From Paraspadella gotoi (taxonomy: Eukaryota > Animalia > Chaetognatha): 64,000 bases of DNA. Where the stretch lies: positions 22,693,486-22,757,485 of the forward strand of contig CM119267.1 of NCBI GenBank assembly GCA_051294375.1, read 5' to 3'. A program made the position numbers and the translations under genes. Below are positions 35,098-48,300 of the stretch, piece after piece; position 1 is the stretch's first letter; each line of letters starts with the position of its first letter. The notes under the pieces are model-generated. The model saw only the letters and a program-made list of their open reading frames with translations, did no database searches and had not been told where the DNA came from.

Positions 35098-35209
35098 GTG
35101 AATTTATCAGTCATGAAATCTAAAAGCTTCGTGATAATTTTTTAACTTTTTTTTTTTCGCAGCGGCGCACGAATCTCGGTCCATTAATCATAAATTATCA
35201 CCCTCATTT

Positions 35210-35265
<56 letters not shown>

Positions 35266-36570
35266 TGGTTCACATTCGCTTGCTCTTTTTTTCTCCTTCC
35301 TCTCCATTATTTTTCCCCCACCATTTAACTTTCCTTTATGTGAATAAATCGGATTTTAATTTCACTGAAAGTTTTTTCGCTTCATTTTTCTCTGAGATTA
35401 TAAGCGAAGCATGAATCACTAAATCCATTCGTTTCACGTTCGGCACTTTGCCAAAATCATAATATCACGTGATCAGTTGGTTCAACTCGTTCGCAAGTTA
35501 GACGGTGAACGTTTAACCACTTTGAAGACATTGACCTCACGTTCATACATCAACTCACCGACGTTTAATTATTTAGTAATTCGATTACATTATAAAGTTT
35601 GGAGATTTCTTTATTTTACTATAGTAGAAGTGAGCTAGTCCACCTTGTCTGCAATTATTTTAAACTATGTCTTTTTATATATAACTCGAGTTTTTCTTCT
35701 TCTGTTTTGCTTTTCAACCCTCCACTCTTTTTTCTTTATACTTTCCTTTTTTTCTTTGCTTCTTTTAATTTTTTTTTCCGTTTGCCTTTTCTTTCTACAA
35801 CCTATATAAAAATTATCCATTCACTTAATAAATAAACTATCTTGCCCCTGACTTTGGACAGGCTTTGGTGGTTTAAGGCCTCCAATCAAGCTTTCAATCA
35901 AGACTCTCTCACAGTCTCGTTTATTCACTCCCGGTGTACCAGCATTTGATTCTAATTTTCCTCCATAATCTTGAATCAAATTTCAAATCGACGCAAAACT
36001 GTTCGCGACTTCGTGAACGATTAAAACTGCGTCGAATCACCGACCGTTTTTAAAAGAGAGATTCGCGAAGCGTCGCCTATCACGCGCGTAGCGTGCGCGT
36101 AGCGTCGGGCGTCTTCTGTCAGCGACGTCGACTCTTTTGAAAGACGCAAATTAAATTTGAAATTCAAGAAAAGAGTTCGAAGGAAAAAAAGAAGTTAAAA
36201 AAAAAATGAAGGAAGGAGAAAATTCAATAAAGCGGTTCGAATAATCAATTCGTAATACTATATCTTTAGTTAAAACGTCGGAGCTTCGTCCTTGGCTTTT
36301 TATAAAGAGTTACACAACTATCTGATTGAATCAATGTAAAGTAAAATATGGAAATAAAATGAGTCTTAAGCGCTTTTAAAAAAAGGTTCAAAATTTGGAA
36401 GGAAAATGGAGATTTTGAGTGGAAAGAAAGGAAAAGAGAGATAAGGAAAAGAGGTTTGAAAAGTAAAGAAAAGAAAAGAGAGATAAGGAAAAGAGGTTTG
36501 AAAAGGAAAGAAAGGAAAAGAGAGATAAGAAAAAGAGCTTTGAAAAGGAAAGAAAAGAAAAGAGAGATAA

Positions 36571-36595
36571 NNNNNNNNNNNNNNNNNNNNNNNNN
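36571..36595. other. Assembly gap (25 N)
   Basis: Run of 25 N. Confidence 0.99.
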
Positions 36596-36660
36596 AAAAA
36601 AAGAAAAAAAAAGAAAATTGAAAAAAAAAAGGATCTCAACTCGAAGCGCGCCGCGATTCT

Positions 36661-36745
<85 letters not shown>

Positions 36746-37003
36746 TGAAAAAGTAAACGAGAGATAGCTGTTTATTGTATAAATTCTATATATAGAAGCC
36801 AGCTGAACAGTGAAAGAATTTTGTGAAAAAAGCAGAAAGGAAAATTAAGAAAGAAAGACAGAAACAAAAATTAAAAATACACATTACACAGTGTGAAAGA
36901 GGAAAGTGAGAGAGAGAGAGAGAGAAAGAGAGAGGAGAGAGAGATGAGAGAGAAGAGAGAGGCTTTATATCGACCCCGGTCGATCGCCGATGGTGATGAA
37001 GAC

Positions 37004-37034
<31 letters not shown>

Positions 37035-38006
37035 TGGCTGAATCGTGAATTGGGTTCAAACTCAGACAGAAAGAAGGTGCTACTCGCCATGATGGGCTGC
37101 GTGAGCAACCGTCGAGAGGGTCAGCCCAAACCGCGGGGATGTTTGCGAGTCATCGCGAGTTTAGACGGAGCGGCAGCGGGCGGCCGACCCGGCGGAGAAA
37201 AGATGGCTCTGTTTAAGGCTGCACACGGCCGTGGGTCACACCTGCCGCTTGTTTTAAGCGTTGAAATCACATAAATTATTTAGGTTAACTATTGGTTTCT
37301 TATTTAACAGACACGTTCGCGTCTTTATATTTTTTCATATTTTAGTAATAAAGAATAGAATTAATTTTAAAATTTATTCCATAATAACGCTCATCGAGGA
37401 AAAATTGTCAAAGCGAAAAATATTTTAAACTAAAAAAAAGGAGTTTATAAGGTAAATAAATTCTTTAAAAAAAACCCAACTTACTTATACAACAATCGAT
37501 GCCGTAATCCCTCATACACTGATGAAATCTAAACTAACTCAGAAGTCGAGAGAAAATGAAAAACGTACATCACTTGTGAACTCTATTATCCGTGTTGTTC
37601 ATTTCTCTCGTTCCTCAACATCACTATTCTTTCATTTGCTGTCGGGGGTCCGAGAGAAATAGGCAAGCACAACTGTTTGTATCTCGACCCAATTCATCCC
37701 GCCTTTCCGGCTCCCGCTTCTTTTTAATTTATACTTTTTTAGGCGAACAAAAGATTAGCTTCTGGAGAAGAGGTCGCTGCACGATCTCGCGGCAGGATAA
37801 CAAAATGCGGGAATCGCTATTATAAACAAGGCGGTACAATGCCGAATTTCAAAAGAGATTGGCATGTGATTGAAAATCGCTGGTACACTAACCGGCTAAA
37901 ACCGGCTCCGACTTTGCGGCTCACTTTGGGCAAACGGCCTCCTTGTCAATGAGCTGATTGCGTTTTTGGAATTTTCTTTCTTTTTCTTTATGCTTATCGC
38001 TCTCTT

Positions 38007-38057
<51 letters not shown>

Positions 38058-38577
38058 CTCTCTCTCTTCTCTCGTCTCTCCTCTCTCTCTCTCTCTTCTG
38101 CTCAATAGATTCCAAAAACACCAGGACCTCAAAAGTCTTTCCAACTCTTTGCCTCACATTTCTTAGCTCTCTTCTCTCTCTCTCTCTCTCACCTCTGGCA
38201 GCCCATTTTTTCTTTTGATTCGATTTTGTATCGATTTTTTTTTATTCGTCCATGTCGCGCTGATTGGTGTGGTGGTTAAAGGTTTCCGGTAAAGAGAGAG
38301 AAGAGAGAGAGAAAGAGAGAGAGAGAAGAAGAGAGAGAGAGAGAGCAGATTTGAAAGCGAGTAACTTTCCCACAGAAGCGCAATGAAACGTTTAGGATCA
38401 AAGATAAGGGCAACTATTAACATATATATTTAATGTCTTTATAATAATTGTTTCTCCATCAATTGATGAAAAGGTGAGTTAAAAAGTAATATGCCGAAAT
38501 TACATTTAGCAAGTTCTATTGAGTGCATCATGCGAAAAGAAATTGATGTTTGTTGAAGGAGAGAGAGAGAGAGGAGA

Positions 38578-38639
<62 letters not shown>

Positions 38640-40089
38640 AAAAGGGTGATTATTATTAGTCAGTCATGAAATCTAAAAGCTTCGCTGATAATTATTTACT
38701 TTTTTTTTTCAGCAGGCGGCGCACGAATCTCGGTCATTAATCATTGAATTATCACCCTCGATTTCTCTCTCCCTTCTCTTCATCTCTTCTCCTCTCGCTC
38801 TGATCCCTTCTCTCGTCTCCTCATCTTCTCTCACTCTCTCTTCCTCTTTCCTCTCTGTCGTTCACATCCGCATCGACCCCTCCTCTCTCTCTTTCTCCTG
38901 TTCAATCCGCTTGCCTTTTTTTTCTTTTTTCCTCCCAATTTCCCCATTTTAACCTTTCCTTTAATGTGAATAAATCGGATTAATTTCACTGAAAGTTTTT
39001 TTTTCGCTTCATTATTTTTCTCTGAGATAATATAAAAGCGAAGCTATGGATCACTAAATCCATTCGTTTTCAACGTTTCGGGCCACTTTGCCAAAATCAA
39101 TAATATCCACGTATCAGTTGGATTCAACTCGTTCCGCGCAGTTAGACGGTGAACGTTAACCACTTTGAAGACATTGGACCTCACGTTCATACATCAAGCT
39201 CACCGACGTTTAATTATTTAGTAATTCGATTACATTATAAAGTGTTGGAGATTTCTTATTTTACTATAAGTAGAATGAGCTAGTCCACCTTGTCTGCAAT
39301 TATTTTAAAACTATGTCTTTTTATATATAACTCGAGTTTTTCTTCATTCGGTCTTTTTTGCTTTCAACCCTCCAGTTTTTTCTTTTTTCTTTTTTTTTTA
39401 TCTTTCCTTTATATTTCTTTTTTTCTTTGCTTCCTTTTAATTTTTTTTTCCGGTTTGCCTTTCTTTCTACAACCTATATAAAAATTATCCATTCACTTAA
39501 TAATCAAACTATCTTGCCCCTGACTTTGGACAGGCTTTGGTGGTTTTAAGGCTCCAATCAAGCTTTCAATCAAGACTCTCTCACAGTCTCGTTTATTCAC
39601 TCCCGGTGTACCAGCATTTGATTCTAATTTTCGCTCCATAATCTTGAATCAAATTTCAAATCGACGCAAACTGTTCGCGACTTCGTGAACGATTAAAACT
39701 GCGTCGAAGCACCGACCGTTTTTAAAAGAGAGATTCGCGAAGCGTCGCCTTTCACGCGCGTAGCGTGCGCGTAGCGTCGGGCGTCTTCTGTCAGCGACGT
39801 CGACTCTTTGAAAGACGCAAATTAAATTTGAAATTCAAGAAAAAAGTTCGAAGGAAAAAAAGAAGTTAAAAAAAAAATGAAGGAAGGAGAAAATCATAAA
39901 GCGGTTCGAAAATAATCAATCGTATACTATATCTTTAGTTAAACGTCGAGCTTCGTCCTTGCTTTTTATAAAGAGTTACACAAACTATCTGATTGAATCA
40001 ATGTAAAGTAAAATATGGAAATAAAATGAGTCTTAAGCGCTTTTAAAAAAGGTTCAAAAATTTGAAGGAAATGAGATTTTGAGTGGAAA

Positions 40090-40540
40090 GAAAGGAAAGA
40101 GAGATAAGGAAAAGAGTTTGAAAAGTAAAGAAAAGAAAGAAGATAAGGAAAAGAGGTTTGAAAAGGAAGAAAGGAAAAGAAGATAAGAAAAAGAGCTTTG
40201 AAAAGAAAGAAAGAAAAGAGAGATAAGGAAAAGTGGTTTGAAAATGAAAGAAAGAAAAGAGAGATAAGGAAAAGAGGTTTGAAAAGGAAAAAAAGAAAAG
40301 AGAGATAAGGAAAAGTGGTTTGAAAAGAAAGAAAAAAAAAGAAAAATTAAGGAAAAGAGGTTTGAAAAAGGAAAAAAAGAAAAGAGAATAGGAAAGAGGT
40401 TGAAAAGGAAAGAAAAGAAAGAGAGAATAAGGAAAAGAGGTTTGAAAAGGAAAGAAAAGAAAAAGAGAGATAAGGAAAAAAGAGGCTTGAAAAGGAAAGG
40501 AAAAGAAAAGAGAGATAAGGAAAAGAGCTTTGAAAAGGAG
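40090..40540. repeat. Purine-rich ~42-bp minisatellite (about 10-11 copies; a shorter array lies at 36431-36570)
   Basis: Unit gaaaagagagataaggaaaagaggtttgaaaaggaaagaaaa repeated with small variations. Confidence 0.85.
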
Positions 40541-41418
40541 GCTGGAAAGAAAAAGGGAATTTGGAAAAAAGAATAAAAAATGAGAAAGAAAAAACAAGAG
40601 GAGACTTCATAAAAAGAAGAAACAAAAAAACAAAATGGCGGAAAGAAAAGCTTTTTTTTTGGGGGGGGGGAGACAAAAATATATCTGCCTGGAAAATTCG
40701 AGAAAATATTTTTAAAGGATATTTTTTTTCCATTAGGAAAGTATTGGTCAGGGAGTCGACAGTCGATGGTATAATGTGGAAAAGCCAGAAAGCCACAGTC
40801 GACAGTCTCAAATAGTGAATTTCTAGACCAGTATGACGATAGTTCATCAAGCTTATCAAGCGCTCAATCTCAAGTTGTTTCTATGATACCCGGGGTATCT
40901 TACCAACTTGTGGAGAGGCCGCTGACCTTCGGTGGCGTCACGTTCGAACCAGAACCGGGACACCCAGGGATGTAACCCGGGACGTACAGATAGACGGAAA
41001 ATGACTTATCCGATTAAGACGTGCCGGCTGATCTAAACAGCGTGCGCATAAGGCCATAGCGCCCTCTGGCGAGGGAAGCGTTCTCTGGCGGCGACACAGG
41101 AAATGGAGCCTCCGTTAGAAACGTGCCCCGGCATCGATGGCGCCGTTATTGTTGTCGGAGTGGGCGTGTCTTCGTCTCTGTCGTCGTCGTTATATGTCGG
41201 CTTTTGTCAATTTTTACCGTCTGCTTCTAGACGGAAACCGATTGTCGAATAGTTATCATCGTCTTCTTCGTTATCGTCGTCGTTATCGTTGATGAGGGAT
41301 CGATATTCGACAATGTTTTCACGCGCCAAAATTAAGGACATTTGGTGTATTTTTAGGAGAAGTTTTGATTGAATTTACGTCTAAAATCAACTGCCAGAAC
41401 TTTCAAAAAACTGGGGTA

Positions 41419-41520
41419 ATATCTGCATTTAACCCCATACTAATGGCCATGTGGTTATATCTGCATTTAACCCCATACTAATGGTCATGAGGTTATATCT
41501 GCATATAACCCCATACTAAT
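41419..41520. repeat. 38-bp tandem repeat (~2.7 copies) with internal dyad symmetry
   Basis: atatctgcatttaaccccatactaatggccatgtggtt at 41419, 41457 and 41495 (partial). Confidence 0.9.
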
Positions 41521-41944
41521 ATTTTCTGCCACTCCGCTCTTCGTCGCTTCGATTCGTCATCCACCAACCAGATGTCGCTCCGCCTTTTAAAATGAGTAGT
41601 AAACAAAAGACTTCGCTCGTGAATTCCGAGTTCGCAGAAGTGGAAATGGCGGGAAAATTCAATTATTCCCGCCTCGCAGATCATCTCTATTGTCTCTCTG
41701 TCGCTCTCTTTCTTTCTCGCTCTCTCTCTCCCTCTCTGTTGTCTGGCGGGGGGAAAAATTTAAAAGAGATAATAATTTTATTAGCTGAACGACGACGACG
41801 ACGACGACGACGTCCACGATGATGACGACGATGATGAAGGACAATCCAATTCCGTAATGGGGAGAATTACTTGCCTGGCCTTTGAGGACGGATCACGTCG
41901 GGGAGAGAGAGGGAAAAGAGAGAGAGGAGAGAGAAAGAGAGAGA

Positions 41945-41980
<36 letters not shown>

Positions 41981-43203
41981 GAGAGGAGAGAGAGAGAGAG
42001 AGAGATAAGAAGATTGTCGAAAGATGGAATAAAATCCAGATTCGCGGGGATTAAATTTATTGAGAAAATTTTACTCAGGTAAGCTCGTTTTACATAAATT
42101 TTTTAATGAAAATTGGTACTAAAAAAAACCAACTAGCAAACTAAAATACGAAAACTAAGACAAAACAACCAAGAACCAACGAACCAACCAGCCAAATGGC
42201 AACTTCTCCAGCCAAGCCACCCGCGAGGGCGTTTCTAAAAACGGAAATCTTTTTTGGCCAAAACGATGGACAACATTGATCGATGATTAGTCTCGACTTA
42301 TTTTTGTGTCAAAGTCTAAAAATAGTGACAAACAAAAAGGGATATATCGGAAGAATTGCACAATATATGAACGAACGTTTCGTTGTTGGAAAAAAAAATC
42401 ATATGAAATCAAGACATTTAACAAGAATTATAATACAATAATCTGAAAATAACCAAACCTATTACTATTTAGGAACGAATTTTCATTTTTAACGTAAAAC
42501 TTTGATTACTTTGGTTGACCTGCCGGATATATACGTGCTTTATTAAAAGTTTAGTTTAATATATGAAGTTTTTAACACATTTCATTACTACGGGAACGTA
42601 TATTTTTACTGGGCTTTCAACCTGTTTTTTGGCTATTTTTTCTCCTCAAAATAACTAAAATTTTCCCCAAATTCCCCACGGAATTCCCCACAGATTTCCC
42701 CACGCAAATAGTTTTTCACTTTCGTTTTCGATTCATAAAATTCGTCACGAAAATAAGCAAAAGTCCGATTGACGAAAAACAAAAGGTCATTCCCCTCGAG
42801 AGATGGCGCCGGGGACCGCGACGTGAGGATTTTTTTTTTCTAAGTCGGGGTCACCCGAGCATTGGGGTGCATCGAATTGTTGCGGGACGTCACGAACATT
42901 GTTCAATCCAACGGATGTCATATGCGATCATTTTGAATTTGCTTAAATTTTATATTTAAATTGAGGTTTTTTCTACTATTAACAATTTTTTCTTATGTAT
43001 CTTTCTCAAAAAATTAAATTTTCGTAAAATAATGTCTTGTTGTTCTTTATTTTATTATTTTTTTTTCTTTCGTTCTTTGTTGCCATTTTTCTTTATTTCT
43101 TTGTTTTTATACATACATACTTGAGCTTGTCCAGCGACTCCCTCTTCTGTTCAAACAGAAAGAAAATCCTGAAATACGAGACGACAAATTTGGCGGGAGG
43201 GAT

Positions 43204-43470
43204 TGGATGAGATGAGATGAGATGAGATGAGATGAGATTAAAGAAGAGAATATAGATCAGGTCGGAGCAGATTAGATGAGTTCAGAGAAGATATAATGAG
43301 GTCGGAGAAAATAATAAGAAGTCGGAGAAGACGAGATAAGTTCGGAAAATATTAGATGAGATTGAAAAGATGATATGAGGTTGAAGAAGAGGAGATAAGA
43401 TCTGTGAAGATGAGATGAGATAAGAGAAAGTAAGATGAGATCGAAGAAGATGAGATTTGGCGGAAAGATG
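43204..43470. repeat. (GATGA)n pentanucleotide repeat decaying into a degenerate array
   Basis: Perfect gagat units at ~43207-43238, then degenerate GATGAG/GATAAG/GTCGGAG units. Confidence 0.75.
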
Positions 43471-43781
43471 AGACACCGGTACGACTTTTTCACCCTCCTT
43501 TTCAAACGTCATCACCGAAAACCAAATCGGTGAATTTGTGAAAACTCAAACGGCGTAGTTAATAGTCTTCCTGACATCACTGAAGGTAAGGCGCATCATC
43601 CCTGAAAACTGACGAGTGAGTTTGCGTCACGAAACGACGTCGTAGAAAAATGGCGTCGTGACACGAGAGACGAAAACACAAAGAGCTGAACAATAAATCT
43701 CTTTCTTCCCCTCGAATGTTCTTTTTCTGTTTGTTTTGTTATCGGAGGACATTACTGTCGTTTGAAAATAGTTATTTGCCG

Positions 43782-43876
<95 letters not shown>

Positions 43877-44649
43877 AGAGAGTCGTTTATCAAATTACTG
43901 GCCACGCCCACCCGGGGGGAAAAGAACTCTGGCTGCAGAGATGTCGACGACGACAAAAAAACACCAAAAAAAAACAAAAAAAATAAGTACGAAACGAGAA
44001 AAAGGCGCCCGTGGCGCTTTTAACGGCCGCCACGAGAACGACTACGACGAGAAATACGAACAAAAAGAAAACGCGTCGATGGGCGAAAAAGAGAAAAAAA
44101 AATGGGAGAGTGAACTAGAAAAAGAGGCTTGAGGCGCTGACGTCGACGGCGAAGATGACGACGACTCAAACGACGACGACGTCGCGCGGCGGATTTGGCG
44201 CGTGCCTGGAACTCGACGAAACGGAAATGGCGCGTCTGGCGGGGAATGAAGGAGAGGGGGAGAAGGGGGTGGGGAAAGGGGGGAGGAAAACTGTTGTGAA
44301 AAGGAGGTGTGGAAATAAGCGTTTAAAGTGAAAGCAATTAGGGAAAAGACAGAAAGGATAAAAAAATGCATTTCGGGCGGGAAAAAGGGGGGGGGGAAAT
44401 GTTCTCGAGAGGAGAACGGAATTTGGGGGGAAAAAAATGAAAGAAATTAATTTTTAAAGAAAAAAAAAAGAATGAAAACTAAATTAATTTATAAAACAAT
44501 TTTGAGGAAAGAAGGAAATTTTGAATGGAGGAAAGAAAAGAAATTCGGAAGGATAAAAAGAAAGAAATTCGTGAGGGAGAGAAAAAGATCGGCAGCGGAT
44601 TTTTTCTCCGCATGAGTTTGGTCAAAGTACATCGGAAACGACGCCATGA

Positions 44650-44712
<63 letters not shown>

Positions 44713-45336
44713 CGGGAAAAGGCGTAGAAAAAGCGGGCACTTTGCTAACCAAACATCAGCTTTTCTCATATCCTGATCCGGCTCCGGTTTTTGCTATCGA
44801 GGAAAGCAGCGGGAGAGGCGGCGACGGCGGCGCGGCGGCGGAGGCGGAGGCGGCAGCGGCGGATTGACAATTTTTATTAGTATTAAATATGAAAATCTTC
44901 TCCAGGCCGAAATATTCGGGGGGTTTTATTGACGAAAGAAAAGGATATAAAAATATTGTAATTTAGTTTTAAATTATTAACATTGCGTTTTGTACCACCA
45001 TCGTTAATTCTAAAGTTGATATCTACCATATAAAATTGTAAAAATACATAATTTAAAAGATTTTAAATTTATTCTAACTTTCTATTTAGCTCAGTTACAA
45101 AAAAAATAAGCACATTATCATTTCCCATTTTATACATAAACAAATTTCTTAAATCAAGCGGACACATTCAATGTAAACGGGTTGTCATGGAATTGGTAGG
45201 CTACAATGTTGAAACAAAAATTCTGTACACGAGAATAATTGGCATTAAAAAAATTATCGCTAGAGGAAAGCAAATGAATAATTTTAAAAATATAAAAACG
45301 AAAAAAAATGTTTACAATAAAACGTAAATTTGATAT

Positions 45337-48300
45337 TTAAGGTCCCTTCACTCTTTCAGGGATGGTTCTCACGATCGGGGTGCATTGTTTGCACGTGCCC
45401 ACTTGGCCTGTAGGACCCATTTTACCTCGAACGCCTGGATAGCCTCTTGGTCCCACGGGTCCAGGTGGGCCGTCCGCACCTACCACGCTATCTCCCCTTG
45501 GCCCTTGCTGCCCGATCGGGCCCGCAATGCCAGGTGGGCCTGGCAATCCTATCCCTTGAGCGCCTTTTTGCCCTTTGGTGCCGGGCACTCCCCTCGGACC
45601 CGGACCTCCTTGGGGACCCTTATGACCTGGTAAACCCATAAAACCTCTTCTGCCCCGGGGACCGTCCTTTCCAGGAAGACCCGGCGGGCCTGCTTTGCCT
45701 GGTTTACCAATGGGACCCTGAATGCTTTGCCCGGGAGTACCAGGCGGACCTCTGAGTTCATGAATGAAATCTGCCATTTTGTTATCTAAAACACCCTGAC
45801 AAATTCTTCTGATGTCGCCATCTGAGAAACTTCTGCCCGGTGGTCCTGTTTGACCTGGCTGCCCCGCTGGTCCTGGACGCCCAGGAACTCCAATTGGTCC
45901 TTGTAAACCTGCAGGTCCTACAGCGCCTGGTGATCCTTGAGCGCCATTACTTCCTCTAGGACCTGCCTGACCAGAAAGGCCATCTTTACCAGGTATGCCT
46001 TGTGGTCCTGGTGGTCCTTGTGGGCCTGGCGCACCATGAACTCCCATCATCATAGGTCCACCGACATCGCCTGGAGGACCAGCTGGACCTTCAGGTCCCC
46101 TGTTACCCTTTGGTCCAGTTGGTCCACGTAACCCTGCAGGACCTGCGGGACCAGGCAATCCCTGGGGACCTCGAATTCCACCTTCACCAGGTTCACCTCT
46201 CGGGCCATCAGTTCCCCTTTTTCCAGGATCGCCTCTCGCACCATCCTGTCCTGGAAGGCCAGGAGGTCCTCTGACACCCGGAGTTCCTCTAGTCCCTCTT
46301 TCACCTTGAGGTCCCGGGTCGCCACGTTCTCCTACTTTTCCCGAGTGTCCTGGGTCTCCTTTTGGACCTGGAAGTCCCGATACTCCTGGTATTCCAGATG
46401 TACCTGGTTCTCCCCTATCGCCCAGTCGTCCCATTGGACCTGGTGGCCCTTGATCTCCTTCTCTGCCAGGAGCTCCTCTATCCCCTTGTTCACCTTTCTC
46501 TCCTTTTATTGCTGAACTTCCAGAGGAGCCTTTTAGCCCTCTTGCTCCTTCTGGCCCAACCTTCCCTGGATCGCCTGAGGTTCCTACAGCTCCTGGTTCT
46601 CCTGGTGATCCGGGAAAACCTCTGAGTCCTCGGGCCCCATTCAATCCAGGCTCTCCCTTATCTCCAAGCACTCCAGGGGGGCCAGGCTGTCCATCTTGAC
46701 CCTTGGATCCAGGGGGACCCAAAAGCCCGGGAACACCCGGTCGACCCTGAAGCCCTGGTGAACCTTTTTCCCCTCTTTCACCCGAACCTCCTTTTTGTCC
46801 TTTTTCACCAGCTTCTCCAGGAATTCCATCTCTTCCCGGAATCCCAGGTGGTCCTGCAGGACCAGGGATGGGTTCTCCAACATCTTTGATCACTGCAGGA
46901 TCACCCTTTTCACCAACTGGTCCCCTAGATCCCTTATCTCCCATTTTCCCTTGAGGTCCAATATCTCCTGCTGGACCCACGGGACCTAAAGCCCCTACTC
47001 CTCCGGAACTTCCCTTAGGCCCATCTGGTCCTCGAGGTCCAGGAAGCCCTCTTCTCCCTGGTGGACCTCTCGGACCAATATCCCCCTTATCTCCAATAGG
47101 CCCTTGTGCGCCATCTCCAGTGACTGCACCTGGTAATCCAGGTAAGCCCGTGTTTCCCTTTTCACCCAAGTCTCCTTTATCCCCAGCAACACCTTTCTGA
47201 CCTCTATCTCCCCTCGGTCCCGCTCTGCCAATTGGACCAGGCAATCCTCTCGCTCCTTTAGCTCCGACACTACTTACCCCTCCAGCATCACCAGGAGGAC
47301 CCGGTGGACCAGAATCACCCTTTTCTCCACCAAATCCATCTTCTCCCTTTTGTCCCTTTTCTCCGGTCGCCCCACCCGCTCCTTTTTGACCCTCCGGCCC
47401 TGGAAGGCCTCTCAACCCAACCTCGCCCTTAATTCCCTCGTCTCCCTTTTCGCCCTGAGGACATTCTTCGGGACATTCAACGACGCAGGTGTCGGTTTCA
47501 CCGAGTCTCGGATTGCAATGAAATTCGAGAAATTGAAGGTCGAGTGGGACGGTCGCGTATTCGTTGGTTTTTGCCACCAAAATTTGTCCATTGACGTCGA
47601 TCTCTCCTTTGGGTACCATCGGGTCGGTCCTCACTTCCTCACAATCGATATATAGCGTGACCAAGTCTTGTTCTTCCGTGCTGTGAATGTCAAAGGTCAT
47701 CTTGTGCCAATTTCCGTCGAACAATGACTCGACGTTGATTTCGTTGCGACTGTAATCGATGGTGTAGATTTCACCCTCGATGTCCAGGTAATAAAGAGTA
47801 ACGGATTTGGCGCCGCCGTTGAGCTCGACCCCGAATTGTCCGGTGGGCTTGGAATCCTCCAGCTTGACCAGATGGAACTTCCTGTTTTGCGAAACTTCCG
47901 GGACGCGGAAAATGCTCCTGACAGAGAAGTCATACGGCAGGCCTTGCGGAAACAGTTGCTCGGTGGACTCGCGGATGACGGCTCGACGGGTGATCTTCAT
48001 CGCTTTCTTCTTCGGGTTCTCTCCCTCGATTTGCTTGGTTCCCGGAAAAGGTTCCTCCTTTTCGAAATCGACGCCGATTTTGGAGAGGATGTTGTAGGAA
48101 GGCAAGGAGGCGATGTCCTCCTCCGCGAAAAAGTCGGGACAGACTCCGTCGAAGAGTCCCGGCAGAACCAGACCCTCGGGAATGGGCGTGCCGATGTTCG
48201 TCTCCTCCTCGGCGCCGATTTGTAGTTCGGCGCAGGCGCCGAAATCCGAGTCGGCTCGGCCGGTGTCGCTGTCCATCTCCAGCGTCTGCAGCACGACGTT

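Larger units (their letters stand above)
31478..40230. repeat. ~3.4-kb unit present in about three tandem copies (31478-33157 partial, 33183-36570, 36596-~40230)
   Basis: Identical landmarks recur (ggatctcaac..., gacagaaagaaggtgctactcgccatgatggg, gctgcacacggccgtgggtcacacc). Copies differ mainly by small indels and are separated by 25-N gaps. Confidence 0.9.

Noticed and set aside
40043-40859. 184-aa and 170-aa Phe-rich ORFs
   Set aside because: They are translations of the 42-bp purine minisatellite.
41419-41520. CRISPR-like palindromic repeats
   Set aside because: Eukaryotic context, near-identical intervening sequence rather than unique spacers, and no cas genes.
45337-47460. RGD tripeptides in the collagen domains as integrin ligands
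   Set aside because: RGD arises often in Gly-X-Y sequence and is usually cryptic within a triple helix.
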